Below, in pieces: positions 58,542 to 64,000 of a stretch of 64,000 bases of DNA. The notes under the pieces were generated by a model. The model saw nothing but the letters and a program-made list of their open reading frames with translations. It was not told the DNA's origin and did not search any database. Source of the stretch: an uncultured Candidatus Saccharibacteria bacterium (GTDB taxonomy: Bacteria; Patescibacteriota; Minisyncoccia; Phycocordibacterales; SBAW01). A program made the position numbers and the translations under genes. Position 1 is the first letter of the stretch. The number at the start of each line of letters is the position of its first letter. The stretch is taken from NCBI GenBank assembly GCA_964615415.1, contig CAZTNI010000001.1, positions 176,746-240,745 on the forward strand, given 5' to 3'.

Positions 58542-59154
58542 AAGGGGATTTACTCTGGTTGAGCTCCTGGTCGTGGTCGGCATTATGACCGTGCTTTCGA
58601 CAATTCTTTTGATACGTCATCAGCAGTTTGATAGTACATCGCTCTTGCGTACCGTTGCCTACAGTATTGCGCTTTCTGCGCGACAAACGCAGGTCTATGG
58701 CACCTCGGTGCGCGCGGTCGACTCTTTGGTGTCTAACCCAACCTTTGCGCCAGCGTATGGACTATATTTTGCCGGCACAGGCGCTACTACCTACACGCTC
58801 TTTGCAGATATAAATAACAATGGACAGTACGAGTCTGCGAATGAAACCATTCAAATTTTCACTCTTACTCGAGGGTTTACTATTACGGGAGCGTGCGCGG
58901 TGCTTGCAAACGACATTCGTCGCTGTACCGCAGCCTCGCTCGATTCAAGTGGCGGCGCAACGATCACTCACGTGCACATACTTTTTAAGCGTCCCAACCC
59001 CGAAGCGGTATTTACTGCTTATAACGGCGCATCCACTATTGCAGGCGACACGTACACGAAAGGATACGTGCAGGTTACCAGTAGTGGTGGCAACACGCGC
59101 AGTATGACTGTCACGAATACCGGTCAAATTAGTGTAGGGGCGATCGGAAGTTAA
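58501..59154 (+). CDS. minor pilin
   Basis: G|FTLVEL. Confidence 0.85.
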   Translation: MSIFSHRSRSFSIKRGFTLVELLVVVGIMTVLSTILLIRHQQFDSTSLLRTVAYSIALSARQTQVYGTSVRAVDSLVSNPTFAPAYGLYFAGTGATTYTLFADINNNGQYESANETIQIFTLTRGFTITGACAVLANDIRRCTAASLDSSGGATITHVHILFKRPNPEAVFTAYNGASTIAGDTYTKGYVQVTSSGGNTRSMTVTNTGQISVGAIGS

Positions 59155-59157
59155 TAT

Positions 59158-59697
59158 ATGAATCGAGGATTTACACTCATTGAACTCATGGTTTCAGTAG
59201 CGATCTTTGCGGTCATCATGACCATTTCGCTTGGTGCCATGCTTTCAATCACGACAGCGCAGCGTAAGGCAGAGACACTGAAGTCTGTTATAGACAATCT
59301 GCACTTTGCGCTCGACGGCATGTCTCGCTCCATTCGTACTGGGTATAATTACAACTGCGGCAGTGCGTCAGGAGGAGACTGTACGAGTGGCGGCACAGCA
59401 TTTTATTTTACGGACGCACAAGGTCGTAGCGTAATCTATTGTCGCGGTAGCGGCACAACCTGTAGCGCTAGCGGTACCGAAATATTGCAATCCATTGATG
59501 GGAGCGCTTTTTCACCCCTTACTGCTTCAGAAGCAAAAATAGGAAACCTCTCATTTTACTTAGTAGGCTCAGCTCGAGGGAACGCGGTGCAGCCTCGGGT
59601 AACCATTACTGCAAGCAGTACCGTACAGGTAAGTTCAACACAGACAAGCTCATTTAATATGCAAACAACAGTAACGCAACGCCTGTATGACTTATAA
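59158..59697 (+). CDS. minor pilin
   Basis: G|FTLIELMV. Confidence 0.85.
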   Translation: MNRGFTLIELMVSVAIFAVIMTISLGAMLSITTAQRKAETLKSVIDNLHFALDGMSRSIRTGYNYNCGSASGGDCTSGGTAFYFTDAQGRSVIYCRGSGTTCSASGTEILQSIDGSAFSPLTASEAKIGNLSFYLVGSARGNAVQPRVTITASSTVQVSSTQTSSFNMQTTVTQRLYDL

Positions 59698-60282
59698 AAA
59701 ATCACATAGGGGATTTACACTCATTGAAACACTTGTTGCGGTGTTGTTGCTTGCGACAGCTGTAGCGGGGCCACTGACGATCGCGTCTGCAGGGCTTTCT
59801 GCGGCGCTCGTGGCAAAGGACCAGATAGTGGCGACATATTTAGCGCAAGATGCGATCGAATACATACGCTACAAGCGTGATAGTGCGTGCCTGGCTGCGG
59901 GAGGAACAGCGTGTGCTTCTGGTACCTGGCTCTCAACGCTCTCTGCTTGTACAGGTGCGACAGGGTGTTACCTGGATTCAACTGAAAATGCTCCTGCATC
60001 ACCTACTGTGTGTCCCACAGGAGGATGTGTAAAATCAGGGTCTCAGTTCAGTACAAGTCGCTTTCTCTGTTATAGTCCGACCACTAACCGTTACCTCAAT
60101 GGTCCTACTCCTACAACGTGCTCCTCGGGCACGGTTAAGTCGCTCTTTGCTCGTGCGGTCGCTATTACGACGCCAGTATCAGGGAGTGCGAACGAGGCGC
60201 TTGTTGTGGTCACGGTATCGTGGACGGATGTAGGTGGTGTTATTCGTAGTGTAACCGCGAAAGAATCTCTTCTTAATTGGCA

Positions 60283-60286
<4 letters not shown>
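59687..60286 (+). CDS. minor pilin (PilV-like)
   Basis: G|FTLIETLV, Cys-rich, VTVSW. Confidence 0.85.
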
Positions 60287-62837
<2,551 letters not shown>

Positions 62838-62846
62838 GATGGCTCT

Positions 62847-63143
62847 ATGATCTCGAAAGAAGAGGTGCAAAACCTGGCCCAACTTGCACGGTTAGGACTG
62901 AATGACGCTGAAACCGAGGCTCTGCAGAAAGATATATCCAAAATCCTCGACTATGTGGGGCAGGTTGCTGCTGCAGGAGAAGCGACGTACATTCGCCCCG
63001 AGCATCGTAACGCGCTGCGTACCGACACTCCTCGTACGGGCGGCGACCTTATGGCAGAGAAGCGCGATGCTATCCTTGCACAGCTTCCAAAGCGCGAAGG
63101 CGACTATAACGTAGTGCGCAAGATAATCCAAAAAGATGAGTAA
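62847..63143 (+). CDS. gatC: Asp/Glu-tRNA amidotransferase subunit C
   Basis: EEVQNLAQLARL; precedes gatA. Confidence 0.9.
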   Translation: MISKEEVQNLAQLARLGLNDAETEALQKDISKILDYVGQVAAAGEATYIRPEHRNALRTDTPRTGGDLMAEKRDAILAQLPKREGDYNVVRKIIQKDE

Positions 63144-64000
63144 CGAGGAATTGGCACAACTTTCTATAACAGAGGCATCCAAGAAACTCGCAGCAAAAGA
63201 AATTACTGCGGTCGATTTGGTGCGCGCCATTAAAGCAGAGATAGAAAAAAAAGAGGGCGACATCCATGCCTACTTGGAAGTGTTTGTTGATATGGAGAAG
63301 CAAGCAGAAGAGGCTGATAAACGTCGAGCTGCAGGAGAGAATCATCCGCTCCTTGGTATTCCGCTTGCAATGAAGGATAATATTTTAATTGAAGGGCGTG
63401 TTGCGTCTGCAGCGTCAAAGATGCTCGAGCAGTATGTTGCAACGTATGACGCAACGGTCACAAAAAAACTAAAAGACGCAGGGGCTGTATTTGTTGGTCG
63501 TACCAACATGGACGAGTTTGCACACGGAAGTTCTACAGAAAATTCTGCATTTGGTATTACAAAAAATCCTCATGACCTTTCGCGAGTGCCGGGTGGATCG
63601 TCCGGAGGGTCGGCAGCGGCAGTTGCGGCTCATATGGCACTTGGGGCGCTGGGAACAGACACCGGTGGGTCTATTCGCGAGCCTGCAAGCTTCTGCGGTT
63701 TGGTGGGACTAAAGCCGACGTACGGCGCAGTGTCGCGTTCAGGTCTTATTGCTATGGGGTCGTCGCTTGACCAGGCAGGACCGCTGACACGCTCTGTCGA
63801 GGATGCGGAAATTATTTTTAATGCAATTAAAGGAAAAGATACTCTTGATAGTACAACAATCGATCTAACTCCTGCTCCTGCTGTTCCAACAAAAATGAAA
63901 ATTGGTGTGCCGCGTTCTCTCCTGGCGCAAGGTGTAGACAAGGACGTACTTGAAGCTTTCGAACACACTCTCAGTCAGTTGCAAACAGAAGGGCATGAAG
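63136..64000 (+). CDS. gatA: Asp/Glu-tRNA amidotransferase subunit A (3'-truncated)
   Basis: Read from DNA: KDN, TNMDEFAHGSSTE, PGGSSGGS, DTGGSIR. Confidence 0.95.
   Translation, partial: MSNEELAQLSITEASKKLAAKEITAVDLVRAIKAEIEKKEGDIHAYLEVFVDMEKQAEEADKRRAAGENHPLLGIPLAMKDNILIEGRVASAASKMLEQYVATYDATVTKKLKDAGAVFVGRTNMDEFAHGSSTENSAFGITKNPHDLSRVPGGSSGGSAAAVAAHMALGALGTDTGGSIREPASFCGLVGLKPTYGAVSRSGLIAMGSSLDQAGPLTRSVEDAEIIFNAIKGKDTLDSTTIDLTPAPAVPTKMKIGVPRSLLAQGVDKDVLEAFEHTLSQLQTEGHE

Overview
Window from a reduced bacterial genome (code 11; TGA used as stop). Gene content and style point to Patescibacteria/CPR, Parcubacteria-like; this is inferred, not searched. Core genes: map (partial), ndk, infC-rpmI-rplT, smpB/tmRNA, ftsH, recG, ligA, gatC, gatA (partial), and a complete type IV pilus/competence locus (comF, pilMNOP-B-T-C, pilins, pilD). 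They are interrupted by accessory tracts (about 6.8-24 kb and 27.5-30.6 kb) of orphan genes, many with their own promoter, Shine-Dalgarno (SD) and terminator, and by an EcoRII-like R-M island next to tRNA-Ser(GCT). RNA genes: a 6S-like RNA, tmRNA and three tRNAs. Most notable observations: (1) three palindromic elements with an identical core (GTCCTCGGTTCTCC...GGCCAGAC) but unrelated long arms, one read in frame inside recG; (2) a one-gene cassette bounded by a perfect 22-bp inverted repeat between smpB and tmRNA; (3) a leader-peptide attenuator upstream of two unknown genes; (4) a tRNA-Ser with anticodon ACT and a tRNA with a 6-nt anticodon loop; (5) a pair of secreted lipase-like paralogues, one intact and one lacking the catalytic Ser. 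No CRISPR array, integrase or transposase was seen.
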